Source: Candidatus Heimdallarchaeota archaeon
GTDB taxonomy: Archaea; Asgardarchaeota; Heimdallarchaeia; Hodarchaeales; Hodarchaeaceae
Length of the DNA: 64,000 nt
Reading direction: 5' to 3'
Assembly: GCA_011364965.1 (NCBI GenBank)
Contig: RDOB01000004.1
Location: 32,001-96,000 of the forward strand
Part shown: positions 19,295 through 29,336 of the stretch, piece after piece
Layout: the number at the start of each line of letters is the position of its first letter
How positions within the stretch are numbered: the stretch's first letter is position 1
The notes under the pieces: generated by a model
Databases searched by the model: none
What the model saw: the letters and a program-made list of their open reading frames with translations, nothing else
What the model was told of the DNA's origin: nothing
Position numbers and translations under genes: made by a program

Positions 19295-20239
19295 ATGAGG
19301 AGGTTTTACTGTAGTGAAAAGGAAGGTGAAAGTGTTTTGGGAGAAAATGACATAATTGGACAATTTCGAGTAGTTTTAAAGCAGGAATATCCCTCCAGTA
19401 ATATCAGAAACACACATGGAACTCTGAAACTTGAGAAAAAAGCTATTCACTTTATTCCACATACCAATGAAGAAAGTTATGAAAGAATATATGAAATGAA
19501 TGATCTTAACTCTGCGAATGTTAATATTAATCGTGAATGGATGCGTAAAAAGAAAACAGTGGAGTTGAAATTTATAAAGAAGCAAGTATCAGTTACAATA
19601 GATATTGAACCCATAGATGTTTCTCCAGAATTCCTTTTACAAGAGATAATTCGATATCGTGATGAAATAAGAAGGAATTCACCAGCTGGAATTTTTGGGT
19701 CTTTGATAGAAAAAATTGGAATCGAAGGACAGAAAATAGTCAAAGAAGTTGGCGCTGTCATTCAATCTTCGACTCAAGATTTAAGTCATGCAATTGATCA
19801 ATCAATTCAATTCATTAGAGAAGCCACTAGAGCATCAAATATACTTGAATCAATTGAAATTAAGGGGGATGATAAAACAATAAATTTAGACACTTCTGAC
19901 ATTGATGAGATTTTAAAAAGGTCTCTTGCTTCTGATAAAATAGAAGCCATGATTGCAGGATTAATAGCAAAAGGATTACTTTCTGCTAAAGATCAAAAGT
20001 TCGATGAAGCATTAGAAGCGCTTAAAATTGCCCAAGAAGCTGCTAAAAAGGAGAATATGACCGAATATTCAGATGTCGCTAAAGAAAATATTAACCAAAT
20101 AGAGGCAGCAGAATCTCGCTTTGATGGTTTAGATCCAAACTTAGGAGAAAAAGCAGCAAAATATGCCAAAGAAGCAAGAGATATTGTTGCAGAATGGGAA
20201 AAATCTAAAAAGGAAGGAGAAGAAAATTCCACACCATAA
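19295..20239 (+). CDS. Hypothetical protein (N-terminal PH-like beta domain, C-terminal TPR/MIT-like helices)
   Basis: HGTLKLEKKAIHFIP...IYEMNDL...VELKF beta-strand pattern; AKGLLSAKDQKFDEALEALKIA helix pair. Confidence 0.55.
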   Translation: MRRFYCSEKEGESVLGENDIIGQFRVVLKQEYPSSNIRNTHGTLKLEKKAIHFIPHTNEESYERIYEMNDLNSANVNINREWMRKKKTVELKFIKKQVSVTIDIEPIDVSPEFLLQEIIRYRDEIRRNSPAGIFGSLIEKIGIEGQKIVKEVGAVIQSSTQDLSHAIDQSIQFIREATRASNILESIEIKGDDKTINLDTSDIDEILKRSLASDKIEAMIAGLIAKGLLSAKDQKFDEALEALKIAQEAAKKENMTEYSDVAKENINQIEAAESRFDGLDPNLGEKAAKYAKEARDIVAEWEKSKKEGEENSTP

Positions 20240-20240
20240 T

Positions 20241-21356
20241 TTGGATAGAGTACTTTTTTTTTTACTTCTTTTTTCTTCTTCAATAAATTTGCTACATCTA
20301 CCTTCTCATGCTGAATTTGATTGTGTGGGAGCATCAGTTCAAAAATTTAATTTTAAATTCAATGCTTCAAATGCCTATGAAACTATAAAAAAGCAAGTCA
20401 ATTATGGAGCAAGATATCCAGGGTCTCTTGGAATAGAAAAAACCAGGAAATTAATAGCCAATGAGCTTCAGTCGAGCATTAATTGGGATATCAATTTTCA
20501 AAACTTTACTAAAAAGTGGAACGAGGAGGATGTAAAATTAGTGAATATTATCTGCCAACCTCCAAATTTTGATGTATCAACACCTAATTTTCTGTTAATG
20601 GCGCATTATGACACTCGTTTATGGGCAACAAGTGATCCTGATCCAGAGAGAAGAAGAGACTCTGTTCCTGGTGCTAATGATGGGGCATCTGGAGTGGGAA
20701 TATTATTAGAACTCGGCAAAGTTTTAGTTGAATATGGTATCACAAATTTTCGTCTAATTTTTTTTGATGCTGAGGATCAGGGTGGGATATTAGGGTGGGA
20801 TTGGCTTGTAGGATCACGTTATTATGTATCATCTAAGGACTCTGAACTTCAAGATATTTCATGGGCAATCCTTCTTGACATGGTAGGGGCTATAAATGCA
20901 ACTTTCAAAAGGGAAAGAAATTCCGATATGTACGCGAAGGTTCTTCTAGATCAAATCTGGGATGAGGCAGCAAATCTTAATTATAGTAATTATTTCATTA
21001 ATGAATCATGGAAAACTATACTAGATGATCATGTACCTTTTTTACAAGCTGGTATTCCTGCAATTGATATAATCGATGATTTTTCTTCTCGTTACAACCC
21101 TTGGCATACAACTTATGATAATCTTACTTATATCGATGTTGATACATTAGAAGCAGTTGGCTACACTTTAGAGAGTGCGCTACAAAAGTTGGTACAATCA
21201 ACAGATTGGATGAATGGTCTCACGAGGTTCAATTATGTTTCCAAATTTACTATAACAGTTGTACTTGGGAGTATTATAATGATATCACTAATTGTTCGAT
21301 CTTCTGGGAAAGATGCAAGGAAGATTGGTAAAAGTAATAAGATCAATAACTCCTAA
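20241..21356 (+). CDS. M28 family zinc peptidase / glutaminyl cyclase-like, exported and C-terminally anchored
   Basis: AHYDT, GANDGASGV, FFDAED, LLDMVG, DDHVPF, WHT; TTG 20241 directly after upstream stop preferred over track start 20163. Confidence 0.85.
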   Translation: MDRVLFFLLLFSSSINLLHLPSHAEFDCVGASVQKFNFKFNASNAYETIKKQVNYGARYPGSLGIEKTRKLIANELQSSINWDINFQNFTKKWNEEDVKLVNIICQPPNFDVSTPNFLLMAHYDTRLWATSDPDPERRRDSVPGANDGASGVGILLELGKVLVEYGITNFRLIFFDAEDQGGILGWDWLVGSRYYVSSKDSELQDISWAILLDMVGAINATFKRERNSDMYAKVLLDQIWDEAANLNYSNYFINESWKTILDDHVPFLQAGIPAIDIIDDFSSRYNPWHTTYDNLTYIDVDTLEAVGYTLESALQKLVQSTDWMNGLTRFNYVSKFTITVVLGSIIMISLIVRSSGKDARKIGKSNKINNS

Positions 21357-21568
21357 AACCGATACTTTTCTCCAAAATTTAGTTCAATTAAAAATTCATT
21401 TTGTAAGGACAAACAAAGTATTTATTTTATCACCTCAAGTGAGTTAAAATGAAACTAGTGGAAAAAATATAAAATCATTTGCATATCAAACCTATATTAT
21501 TCAGCCATAACTCTCTTAATAGAAAAATAAATTCACCTAGATAAACTAAGGAAATTGTAATTGGATAG

Positions 21569-22054
21569 ATGACGATTATGAATTCAATAAAAGAATTAGG
21601 GTCAAAATTAACTTTTCGTCCATTAACAGTTGACGATGTAAGTACAATTATCGACATCGATGAAAAAATCGTACGTAGAAAAAGATCAGAGGATTTTAGA
21701 ACCCAATTAACTGAGCAGATAGAAAAACATGGTGATGAAAGCTTTGGTGCTATCTCTCCATCGGGTCAATTAATTGGATATTTACTTGCAGAGACAAAAG
21801 TTTACATTTATGGATCTGATGATATCAGTGCATGGATTATTCTACTGGGAATAAATCCTGATTTTCAGGACCAAGGCGTAGGGACAGCATTAGCTAAACA
21901 AGCTATTACTCACTTCTCACAAAAGGGGATTAGTACCATTAGAACTATCACAGCATGGGATTGGGGTGATCTAGTTGAATTCTTCAGTTCGGTCGGTTTC
22001 AAACTCTCTGATTATTTAACATTGGAATTGAATATTGGACAAAAAACCCGTTAG
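21569..22054 (+). CDS. GNAT family N-acetyltransferase
   Basis: LGINPDFQDQGVGTAL motif A; FFSSVGF motif B. Confidence 0.88.
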   Translation: MTIMNSIKELGSKLTFRPLTVDDVSTIIDIDEKIVRRKRSEDFRTQLTEQIEKHGDESFGAISPSGQLIGYLLAETKVYIYGSDDISAWIILLGINPDFQDQGVGTALAKQAITHFSQKGISTIRTITAWDWGDLVEFFSSVGFKLSDYLTLELNIGQKTR

Positions 22055-22065
22055 GAGCAGATAAA

Positions 22066-22212
22066 ATGACTGAACAATATTCAAGATCAAAATTTGAAGT
22101 TTACGGGGAAGAGATGCTCGAGAAAGAAGTTAAGAAAAGTGGGAACAGTGGTAGAGTATATTTACCTCCTTCGTGGATAGGTAAGAGAGTAAAGATAATA
22201 AGAATGGACTAA
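22066..22212 (+). CDS. DUF2080 family small AbrB/SpoVT-like protein (48 aa)
   Basis: Manual translation MTEQYSRSKFEVYGEEMLEKEVKKSGNSGRVYLPPSWIGKRVKIIRMD; AGGAG RBS; below the ORF-track cutoff. Confidence 0.85.
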   Translation: MTEQYSRSKFEVYGEEMLEKEVKKSGNSGRVYLPPSWIGKRVKIIRMD

Positions 22213-22230
22213 AATCAAATACCTCTTCTG

Positions 22231-23544
22231 TTATTGCGAACTATCTTCAGATTGCTGCTCTAGTGCTTTCCTTGCTTCTTCATCCTTCTTCTTACCTAAA
22301 AGAAGTTGGGCATTATCCCTCAATTCGGAAACCATGACCCCCGACTCTTTATAAAGACTGTTTATTTGGTCTAATTCAAAAAAGAGATCATTTTCAAGCC
22401 ATTTATGTTTTCGATACTTATAAAGGGAAATGTTGGCAATACGATTTTCGATTTCAGGGAGTTCGAGCATCATAGATGAAATTTCTTCAGACCTCATATT
22501 ACGAAGTTTGGAAAAGGATTCTTCAACAAAAACCTTACAACTTGCCAATTCAGCCTTAATATTTTCGAGTTCTCCTTTATAATTATCAATAATTGGTAAT
22601 TTTATTTCCATCACTTTTTTAGTTATCTCAGGATTGTCAACATTGAATAAAAAGTTGTCATAGTATTTTATAGCGATCTGAGGATCCCCTGCTGCTGCTT
22701 TTTCAATTTCAGAGATCACCACGCTTGAAGAGTATTGTTTTAACGCCCAGATTGCTTTTGCTTGAACTTCAACAACCATATCCTTTGAGGCTTCCAATAG
22801 CGGGATAACGGATTCATAGTGTTTGATCTTCCCCATAGCCTCTGCGGCGTTTGCTCTGGTATCCTTATCTTTGTTTTTCAACATTTTTAGTAGGATCCCA
22901 CTAGCTTTGGAATCTTGTAATTCCCCAAGGCTCCAGCACATTGCTCTTCTTGCATATTCATCTTTTTCGATCTCCAGAGTAGAAATCAAAGGTTCAATGG
23001 CATCTTTGATTTTAATTTTACCTAAAGCAGTCGCAGCATTCTCTCTTATTTCGCTACTTCCTTGGTCCTTTAAAGCTGCTATCAAACCAGGACCAGCAGA
23101 AACCGCGATAGACCCCATTTCACCAAACTGCTTTGCTACCATTGCGCGAAAATCAGGGTCTTTATCTTCCTTCAAAAACTTGAGTAATGAATTTATAGAG
23201 TTAGGACTTGCTATTTCGCCAAGAGCTTCCAAGGCGCCAAATCTGACAGTCCAATAGTCAACTTCAGGATTCAAAGCAGCCAATATTCTTGGAAGAGCCA
23301 TTTGTGGTACTTTTTTACCCAAACTTACCAATTGATGCACCGCAGACGCACGAATAAGTAGTTGGTGACTTTCTAATGCTCTAATCATCACATCACATAG
23401 CGCATCATCAGGTAATTCTTGATCATCAGGAATATCCATGATTTTCCGAATAGCAGGATCTATTGGTTCTTTATCTTCTGACATATACATCCCATATTTC
23501 AGGAAAAGGTTTTTCTTCAATATTTTTCTTAGAAACTCATCCAA
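22231..23544 (-). CDS. HEAT-repeat (PBS lyase-like) protein with C-terminal helical domain
   Basis: Repeats VRFGALEALGEI, IRENAATALGKI, TRANAAEAMGKI; start may be ATG 23484. Confidence 0.85.
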   Translation of the reverse strand: MDEFLRKILKKNLFLKYGMYMSEDKEPIDPAIRKIMDIPDDQELPDDALCDVMIRALESHQLLIRASAVHQLVSLGKKVPQMALPRILAALNPEVDYWTVRFGALEALGEIASPNSINSLLKFLKEDKDPDFRAMVAKQFGEMGSIAVSAGPGLIAALKDQGSSEIRENAATALGKIKIKDAIEPLISTLEIEKDEYARRAMCWSLGELQDSKASGILLKMLKNKDKDTRANAAEAMGKIKHYESVIPLLEASKDMVVEVQAKAIWALKQYSSSVVISEIEKAAAGDPQIAIKYYDNFLFNVDNPEITKKVMEIKLPIIDNYKGELENIKAELASCKVFVEESFSKLRNMRSEEISSMMLELPEIENRIANISLYKYRKHKWLENDLFFELDQINSLYKESGVMVSELRDNAQLLLGKKKDEEARKALEQQSEDSSQ

Positions 23545-24028
23545 TACGAACTTCTACAATTTGCTGTTTTGTCCTTAATTTTGAGGAGAGAAATCGTCCT
23601 TCTGTAGAGGAAACTTCAAGCATTAATGGATTATTTGACCATGAACACTTTATTGAAGCTCCTTCAAATGAATGATCTGTAAATTCGGGATTTCCACGAA
23701 TAATCACCGGTTCTTGAAATTTATAACCATCCTCTCCTTCAATTATTCTCAAAGAAAATACAGATAAAGCTATTCCTCGTTTCATCATGCTAGAAACGTT
23801 TTCTTCAATCTCAATGGCCTGATTTTCTGCATTCCATGAAATTCGTGCACGAATCCGTCTTGGTTCAGGTTGCTCAATATTGATGAAACGCATTCCAGTT
23901 ATGAAAAATCCTGTTCTATTTCTGCCGTCCTCATCTTTCAGTCCTTTTACATTTAAATGACTCTCAAGGCCAATAATTGGGAATAATTCAATTTTCTTTA
24001 TCTCATCTATCCGGGTCATATTCATCAC
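23537..24028 (-). CDS. Hypothetical beta-rich protein
   Basis: 163-aa ORF tightly packed in an operon between the aminotransferase and HEAT genes. Confidence 0.65.
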   Translation of the reverse strand: MMNMTRIDEIKKIELFPIIGLESHLNVKGLKDEDGRNRTGFFITGMRFINIEQPEPRRIRARISWNAENQAIEIEENVSSMMKRGIALSVFSLRIIEGEDGYKFQEPVIIRGNPEFTDHSFEGASIKCSWSNNPLMLEVSSTEGRFLSSKLRTKQQIVEVRIG

Positions 24029-24033
24029 ATAAA

Positions 24034-25218
24034 TTAATAATTCAAAGTTTTCATGTAATTTTCTACAAGATCTAGAGCTTTTTCCATCGTTTCAATATCA
24101 GGTAACAAAACAGAGCGGAAATGACCATTACCTAGTTCTCCAAATCCACTTCCGAACACAAATAATACGCCTGTCGATTTTAACAAATCGATTACAAATT
24201 CCCTATCACCGATATCTTTTTTTATTAGTGGAAAGGCATAGAATGCTCCTTTAGGAGGAATAACAGACAAATCATCCATTTCATTTATCCTTTTAGAGAA
24301 ATAGGCTGATCTTTCCCTTAGTTTTTTAATCACAGGAGTTAAGTAATCACTTTCTTTATTCAGGATTTTACTTACAGCTACCTGAATAGGGGAGCTCGCG
24401 CATAATCGAATCCGCGATTGCTTCGCAAGAGCTTCCCAAAATGCATCATATTTTCCAGTATTATCTCTAAGTATTGCCCACCCTAACCTCCATCCTGGTG
24501 ATATCAATGTCTTTGAGATACCATTAAGCTCTAGTACGGGAACATCAGTAAGGGAAGTAGTAGATTTGAAACTTCCCTTGTCAAAAGTTAATAGATCATA
24601 TATCTCATCGGAAATGATAAGAAGGTTATATTCTCCCGCAATATCTGTAATTTTCTTAACTGTGTTTGGGGAGTAAACTGCACCTGTTGGATTGTTGGGA
24701 TTAATGATTACAATAGCTTGTGTTTTGGGTGTGATTTTTCTACGAATATCCTCTACATCTGGTTGCCAATTTTCGTTTTCTATAGTCCTATATTGAATAG
24801 GGGTAATATCATTGAAAGTAAAATAAGAAAGATAAGAGGGATATAATGGTGAAGGGACTAGAATTTCCGTACCTGGAGCAAGGGCTGATCCAATGAAGGA
24901 TATCGCTTCAGATACTCCTGTAGTAACTAAAACCTGATTTAGATCCAAATCTGTCCCCCAAAGTCGTTTCTGGCGATTAATAATTTCCTGTCGAAGTTGA
25001 GAATCGCCGGCAGAATCACTATAATAGTTGGCTTTATCGTGAGTTATTGCCTCTATTAGAGCCTCTTTCAGAAAATCGGGGGTATCAAAGTCAAATTTAT
25101 TGGGATCACCAATATTGAAATAGTAGAGCTTTTTTCCTTGTTTTTCTACTTCTTTGGCAGTAATTACAATATCTCTAATTGCATATTTAATACGTTGAAC
25201 GTTGGGGGACAATTCCAC
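24034..25218 (-). CDS. Alanine aminotransferase-like class I/II aminotransferase
   Basis: YAIRDIV, NIGDP, INPNNPTG, SDEIY, GISK...PGWRLGW (archaeal AlaAT-type). Confidence 0.88.
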   Translation of the reverse strand: MELSPNVQRIKYAIRDIVITAKEVEKQGKKLYYFNIGDPNKFDFDTPDFLKEALIEAITHDKANYYSDSAGDSQLRQEIINRQKRLWGTDLDLNQVLVTTGVSEAISFIGSALAPGTEILVPSPLYPSYLSYFTFNDITPIQYRTIENENWQPDVEDIRRKITPKTQAIVIINPNNPTGAVYSPNTVKKITDIAGEYNLLIISDEIYDLLTFDKGSFKSTTSLTDVPVLELNGISKTLISPGWRLGWAILRDNTGKYDAFWEALAKQSRIRLCASSPIQVAVSKILNKESDYLTPVIKKLRERSAYFSKRINEMDDLSVIPPKGAFYAFPLIKKDIGDREFVIDLLKSTGVLFVFGSGFGELGNGHFRSVLLPDIETMEKALDLVENYMKTLNY

Positions 25219-25635
25219 TTTAATTTACCTTCTTATCTTGCCAACAAGTTGTGAAAAGCTAGTCTGATTTATTATTTTACCTCAATGAAAGCTGAGGAAG
25301 GATTAACAACACCTTTTAATCATCTTTTACTTAAACTTTTGCGTTTTGATCTAAACATAGGCAGCAAACTATCATGCTTCAATTGATGATAATTCTCAGA
25401 AATGAAATCATTGACATTATGACCCCCTCCTATCCTCAATATTGTAATTTAAGATAAATGGATTTGTGCATATAACAAAAAATCTTCAAATCCCAGATTA
25501 ATATGCAAAACTTTTTGAAAAACTGAAAATACTTAATATCAATCCAAAATAAATTGAATAGATTCATATTGAACTTGAATCGTTTTTTTAATTGAAAAAA
25601 TAGCATTTGGTACAAGTAAAAGAAGGCAGGATTTC

Positions 25636-26325
25636 ATGAGTACAGATGTTGAATCACTTTCCGTTCTTATAGGTTCGATTGTTGATCTAGGAGCAAAAAT
25701 TTGTGTATTAAGTGACATCTCAGGATTACCAATAGTAACTAGGTCTAAAATTGACGTTGAAGACGTTGAAATAGCACTCAGTGCTCTCAGTAGCATCGTA
25801 ATTTCAACAGGAGACACAATCGCACGAGAATTAGATGGAAACTTTGCGAATATGACCGTCCGTACAACTGGAGGTCTTCTTCTTTCAATTGTTATTGATT
25901 CCATCCCAAAAGTAGTGTTAACTGCAATAGTTGATGAAAATCTGGAAACCACCATTATTCACGAGATGAAACGAGTTCAACCTATTATTTCAAATGCTAT
26001 TGAAGGGATTGCTGTAGAGATAAGAGAAAGAGAAAAATTCCAGGGGACAGATGACCGAAAAATCAATGCATTCTTTGATTCATTTGCTCATAAAATCAAA
26101 CAAGCAGTCACAGCGAATGACATAGTCAGTATCATTAGAGCAGCAAAGGATGATCTATTCACACTGGTTAATTCAGGAACTATCTCTTATGAAATGAACC
26201 AGTTCGCATTAAAACTAGAGAAATTAACAAGAAATAAAACGGTTTCTCCAGAAGCACTATTAAAGATAAAAGAGGGTATTCTAACATCAATTACGGATTG
26301 GAAAAAAAGATTAACGACACAATAA
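25636..26325 (+). CDS. Roadblock/LC7 domain + C-terminal helical bundle
   Basis: ICVLSDISGLPIV...ALSALSS...ARELDG...MTVRT; helical C-terminal half. Confidence 0.7.
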   Translation: MSTDVESLSVLIGSIVDLGAKICVLSDISGLPIVTRSKIDVEDVEIALSALSSIVISTGDTIARELDGNFANMTVRTTGGLLLSIVIDSIPKVVLTAIVDENLETTIIHEMKRVQPIISNAIEGIAVEIREREKFQGTDDRKINAFFDSFAHKIKQAVTANDIVSIIRAAKDDLFTLVNSGTISYEMNQFALKLEKLTRNKTVSPEALLKIKEGILTSITDWKKRLTTQ

Positions 26326-27343
26326 TTACCTTAAAAGTCAGAGAGCTACTATTATAGAGACTAGAAAAAAAATTTTTTCATATGTATAAAAATGAGTTGC
26401 TAATTCTATATGGATCTTTAACTAGTGAATAATCTTCAGATTAGCATTAGACCTATAATAGCATAAGTCAGGAGTACTTCAACATGAAAGTTGACTAACA
26501 TTAATGAGTTGGTATCCGCGCAAAATGAAAAACAAAATTGATAATGTTCCAAGCAGGTTTTTAACTTCTTCAATCCATATTTATGACACAATCAATTATG
26601 AGATGCTACTCACACGCTCAACAAACAGGAAAGTAAAACCGCTGGAATAACTCTATTTTTAGAAAAAACGGTTTTTTTTGTATCATAATCTTTATATAAT
26701 AAGATGATATTTATTTGAATGAAGAAAGGAAAGGTTCCTGTTTGTTAATCTTGCTTTTATGCTCATAGCAAACCGCCATTCCTTTCACCCTTTTCTCCAA
26801 GATGATTCTTCTTTTTCCTAGTCTGTTTATATGATTCCACATTTGTTTATGGATTTTCCGCCATTTTTGGCCACCGCCATTTTTATGATGGAAGAAAATA
26901 ATATGGAACTTTATCATCTCTACTCTTTATAGATTGATGGTTAGTCATTCCCACCACTAGGATAATCCGATTTACCAACAAACCAAAACCTTTTTTGTCG
27001 GCTTCTTTAATGACTTTTCTGATTTAATTAGCCTTTTTATAATTTGAAAACTCGACAAAAATAATCATTGTCAGTGTATTTCAATCTTCCATGATTTATA
27101 CGTTTTTATTGCACCCAAGCTGATAAGTTCCTTTTATTGGAATCGTTGCTAAAATATGTTTCACCTGATCGAGCTTTGATAGAAAATTTTGCGTTAAAAG
27201 TAGTTAATTGACGTTGATAAAGATCCTAAATCCTGAAAGGTAATATTTACGAATCCTGTTCAGCTTTCTCTTAATGACATAAGTGATAAGTAATTACTGT
27301 AAATCTAATTTTTCCAATGACGGTAAGGAGGGAAAAAACAAAG

Positions 27344-28045
27344 TTATTGGGCCTCAAGTCCTTGCATAAAGGTCATGATCTCTCCAGCAGACTTTGGATC
27401 TTCGTGTTGAATTCCGCAATTGGAACAAACCAGATAATTAATAACTTTAACTTTGTCCCAGTATTTGATTTGATACTGACCCTGCATTAATTTTCCCCCA
27501 CAATCGCATGCTCCTTGTGAAGATTCTGAAAAATCTCTTGATACTTCCCTTACTTGACCGACTACTTTTCTTAAATAGATATTTGGATTACCAATTTTAT
27601 GAACAGCTTCGGTATCAAATCTTACCTCTAGAAATGTTATTTCACTTAATCCGGTATATCGACCGAGAAAATCATTCATTAAAAGAGAGGGAGTTAATAT
27701 TCCATTTGTGGCAAAAATGAAGTGGAATTCAGGGATTTTCTCTGTTAACTTCTGTAAACTAGAATTTAATGCCATATCTCCACTGAAATGAGCAACAAGT
27801 TCTTCATATTGCATACATTTGATGAATGTTTTACGACTTTCTGGGTCTAATGTCAATATATCCGCGATTTCTCCGTTAATAAGCTCTAATAAAGGATTAA
27901 TGTCATTTCTTGATGAAAGGGGAGTACTTGTTCTTGATAACGAATGATGAGCTATTCTATGGCCATTTACTTTCAAATAATCTATTGTTGCAGTTAGATA
28001 GAAAAGACGGTGTCGATCTACTGCAGTTGGTCTTGAATCATACAT
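27344..28045 (-). CDS. Hypothetical protein with C-terminal YgiT/MqsA-like zinc ribbon
   Basis: CDCGGKL...LVCSNCG at the C-terminus. Confidence 0.6.
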   Translation of the reverse strand: MYDSRPTAVDRHRLFYLTATIDYLKVNGHRIAHHSLSRTSTPLSSRNDINPLLELINGEIADILTLDPESRKTFIKCMQYEELVAHFSGDMALNSSLQKLTEKIPEFHFIFATNGILTPSLLMNDFLGRYTGLSEITFLEVRFDTEAVHKIGNPNIYLRKVVGQVREVSRDFSESSQGACDCGGKLMQGQYQIKYWDKVKVINYLVCSNCGIQHEDPKSAGEIMTFMQGLEAQ

Positions 28046-28175
28046 AATTATACCCTAACAGAATTCTCATATAAGAATCGAATCTTGGCTTTTTCAATAT
28101 TTGTTTATTAACAATATTAATATTTAGAATTAATCTAAAATTCTTATTCTCAAATCCTTTTTTATTTGGGTAATA

Positions 28176-29336
28176 TTGATGATCCTATCAGATACTTCGG
28201 AGAGGGGTTTGCTGGTTGGGAGAGAGACTGGACCTATCGCAGAAGTTATAAAAAGAAATTATCCAAAAATAAAATTAGGCTCAGTAGATATTCTAGGAAA
28301 TCTCGAAACACGGAAATACTCAGATTGGAGTTTTTCTGTTGAAAGACAAATCTCTAACCAACCCCTTCATCGAAAAAAACACCGATCATTATTGGATCTA
28401 ATAGAGGGACTAACAGCTATTATTATGGAGGAACATGATTTCGATTTCTTTCTCCCTCTAACATTAATGCAAAAAAATCCAGATTTGATTGTAAGATTAA
28501 CAAAGAAAATGAAAACAGAATTTATTCGCAGAGATTTACTTGAAATCAGCTCTTCTGGCTATTCTTTCCTAAAAAATATATTGAAAGTTATGCCTGAGTT
28601 ACTGGAATATCCTGAAAGCTTGCTTAACGCTAAGTCTCAGATTAATCAGCAAGTTGTAATTACTCCTCATCAAATGGACATTAAGAATAGTATTTTTATC
28701 AATGATAACCCACCTTCCAATTCCTTTATTCTACCATATGTCCCAGTCTATTGTATGGCGTTTATTCGGACGAATGAAATACTAAATTATATCGGAATGC
28801 AGAGAGTGGTTCCTCCTTTGAATAAAGAACTTTCTGTTAATGCCTTTGAAAAAAATGGACTAATTCCAGCAAATTCAGTTTCTGAGTCTAATATTGCCAG
28901 AACTAAGGAGGTTTTCCAGAAATTAATTAATGTATTGAATCTATTTGGAATAATTACTATATATTTTGGATTGCTAGACTCATTAATAGTTCCTTATAAA
29001 TGCAATTTGTTACCTGATGAAAATTTTGATCTCTGGAATGTCAAATCAAGCCATACACTTTGCAGATTCCTATTAACTAAAAATAAAGAAAAGATTTTGC
29101 CAGTACAATCTAATTATTATGCTTTTAAGTTGCCTATATACCTAGCTCAGTCTATAAAAGTCCCGAAAATTATGAGCTCAATCGCTACGCAAAGAAATAT
29201 CCCTGGTACTATTTCTATGCCAAAATACCCTCTATGTTCAATTTTTGGATATGCAAACACATTAAATGAAACTAAACAGATTCTGAGAGAAAAAAAACAA
29301 TTGATTTTAAAAAATTTAAACTTTAATATGATCTAG
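28176..29336 (+). CDS. Divergent ATP-grasp-fold protein (COG2232-like)
   Basis: N-terminal SVDILGNLET and C-terminal NIPGT...YPLCSIFG resemble pterin/methanofuran-associated ATP-grasp proteins; catalytic E-x-N motif not evident. Confidence 0.45.
   Translation: MMILSDTSERGLLVGRETGPIAEVIKRNYPKIKLGSVDILGNLETRKYSDWSFSVERQISNQPLHRKKHRSLLDLIEGLTAIIMEEHDFDFFLPLTLMQKNPDLIVRLTKKMKTEFIRRDLLEISSSGYSFLKNILKVMPELLEYPESLLNAKSQINQQVVITPHQMDIKNSIFINDNPPSNSFILPYVPVYCMAFIRTNEILNYIGMQRVVPPLNKELSVNAFEKNGLIPANSVSESNIARTKEVFQKLINVLNLFGIITIYFGLLDSLIVPYKCNLLPDENFDLWNVKSSHTLCRFLLTKNKEKILPVQSNYYAFKLPIYLAQSIKVPKIMSSIATQRNIPGTISMPKYPLCSIFGYANTLNETKQILREKKQLILKNLNFNMI

Noticed and set aside
22066-22212. IS200/IS605/IS607 element implied by the DUF2080 gene
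   Set aside because: No TnpA, TnpB or resolvase, and no end hairpins nearby
22231-23544. Eukaryotic coat or karyopherin homolog
   Set aside because: Short PBS-lyase-type HEAT repeats are common in prokaryotes; no specific signal
26711-26917. 68-aa ORF as a real gene
   Set aside because: No motif, no convincing RBS, composition atypical
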